In this document: piece after piece, positions 26,864 through 27,689 of the stretch
Position numbering within the stretch: the first letter of the stretch is position 1
Layout of the letters: each line of letters opens with the position of its first letter
NCBI GenBank assembly: GCA_027001995.1
Contig: JALTLO010000011.1
Location: 391-28,079 of the forward strand
DNA length: 27,689 nt
Source of the DNA: Planctomycetota bacterium
GTDB lineage: Bacteria; Planctomycetota; GCA-002687715; DRQF01
Direction of reading: 5' to 3'
Notes under the pieces: generated by a model
What the model was told of the DNA's origin: nothing
The model's database searches: none
Seen by the model: the letters and a program-made list of their open reading frames with translations, nothing else
Program-made: the position numbers and the translations under genes

Positions 26864-26904
26864 CCTCAGTCCCTCCCAGAGATATTCCCTTTGGCCTAGT
26901 CTCC

Positions 26905-27689
26905 TTACGGATTGATGCGATAGATCGTTCGCGGGAAAGGAATACACTCGCGCACATGATCCGTGCCAGTAATCCAAGCCACGCAGCGCTCCAAACCAAG
27001 ACCAAATCCACCAGTTGGGCAAGCACCAAAACGACGCAGGTCTAGGTACCACTCAAATGCTTCTTTGGGCAATTCATGAGCGGCAATTTGTGATTCCAAA
27101 TAAGCCAGACTATCAGCACGTTGAGCGCCGCCGATGAGCTCACCTTTCCCTTCAGGAGCAATGACATCGACACCCAAGACCACACGGTCGTCTTCTGGAT
27201 CTGGAGCCATGTAAAAAGCTTTGATGTCCTTTGGCCAGCGGTGAATCATGATGGGTTTATCTGACCAAGCACCAATAGCTGTTTCATCGGGAGCGCCGAA
27301 ATCGTCGCCCCACTTGAAGTCATGGCCTTCTTTCTTGAGCCTGTCCACAGCCTCCGTGTAGGTCATCTTCACGAAGGGACCGGTGACACATTCAAGTTTC
27401 TCCAGATCCCTTCCCAAGGTTTCTAAGTCGTCCCGGTTCTTGGCTAAGACATCTTTCACCACGTAGATCAAAAAGTCTTCGGCCAGTTGCATGACGTCTT
27501 CGAGTTTGGCAAATGCAATTTCTGGTTCGATCATCCAAAACTCAGTGAGATGGCGACGGGTCTTACTCTTCTCAGCACGAAACGTCGGGCCAAAGCAATA
27601 GGCGCGCCCATGAGCCATGGCAGCGGCTTCCATATAGAGCTGCCCACTCTGGGTCAGGTAGGCTTTGGTATCAAAATAGTCTGTCTCGA
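26905..27689 (-). CDS. asnS: Asparagine--tRNA ligase (3' part; 5' end outside the window)
   Basis: [34 protein letters not shown] (motif 2), [18 protein letters not shown] (motif 3), IPFPR. Confidence 0.95.
   Translation of the reverse strand, partial: ETDYFDTKAYLTQSGQLYMEAAAMAHGRAYCFGPTFRAEKSKTRRHLTEFWMIEPEIAFAKLEDVMQLAEDFLIYVVKDVLAKNRDDLETLGRDLEKLECVTGPFVKMTYTEAVDRLKKEGHDFKWGDDFGAPDETAIGAWSDKPIMIHRWPKDIKAFYMAPDPEDDRVVLGVDVIAPEGKGELIGGAQRADSLAYLESQIAAHELPKEAFEWYLDLRRFGACPTGGFGLGLERCVAWITGTDHVRECIPFPRTIYRINP

Overview
Bacterial DNA, probably Planctomycetota (inferred from the protein repertoire and C-terminal domain style), in two parts. (1) An accessory block at 1-8091 holds a decayed IS91-family transposase end and two large secreted proteins (LamG/Ig/MAM and G8/CEMIP-like beta-helix). 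An 8-bp microsatellite is inserted into the G8 gene's signal-peptide coding region and puts it out of frame. The block also has a remnant paralog of the LamG/MAM gene with an internal deletion, and a retron-type reverse transcriptase (7207-8091). The RT is preceded by a ~160-nt structured element with retron msr/msd-like layout (7041-7201) and has no recognisable effector gene. (2) A core-like region at 8073-27689 contains trkA-trkH plus a degenerate GT4, two tandem GT-C (TMTC-like) membrane glycosyltransferases and two tandem secreted beta-helix proteins. It continues with a Ser/Thr kinase / TPR-gluzincin / HEAT operon, a single-ring (D2-only) Clp ATPase, a SAM methyltransferase and the 3' part of asnS. 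The best candidate for a new system is the effector-less retron with variant motifs and its neighbourhood. A DGR interpretation was tested by hand and rejected. All alignments and folds were done by eye, without tools.
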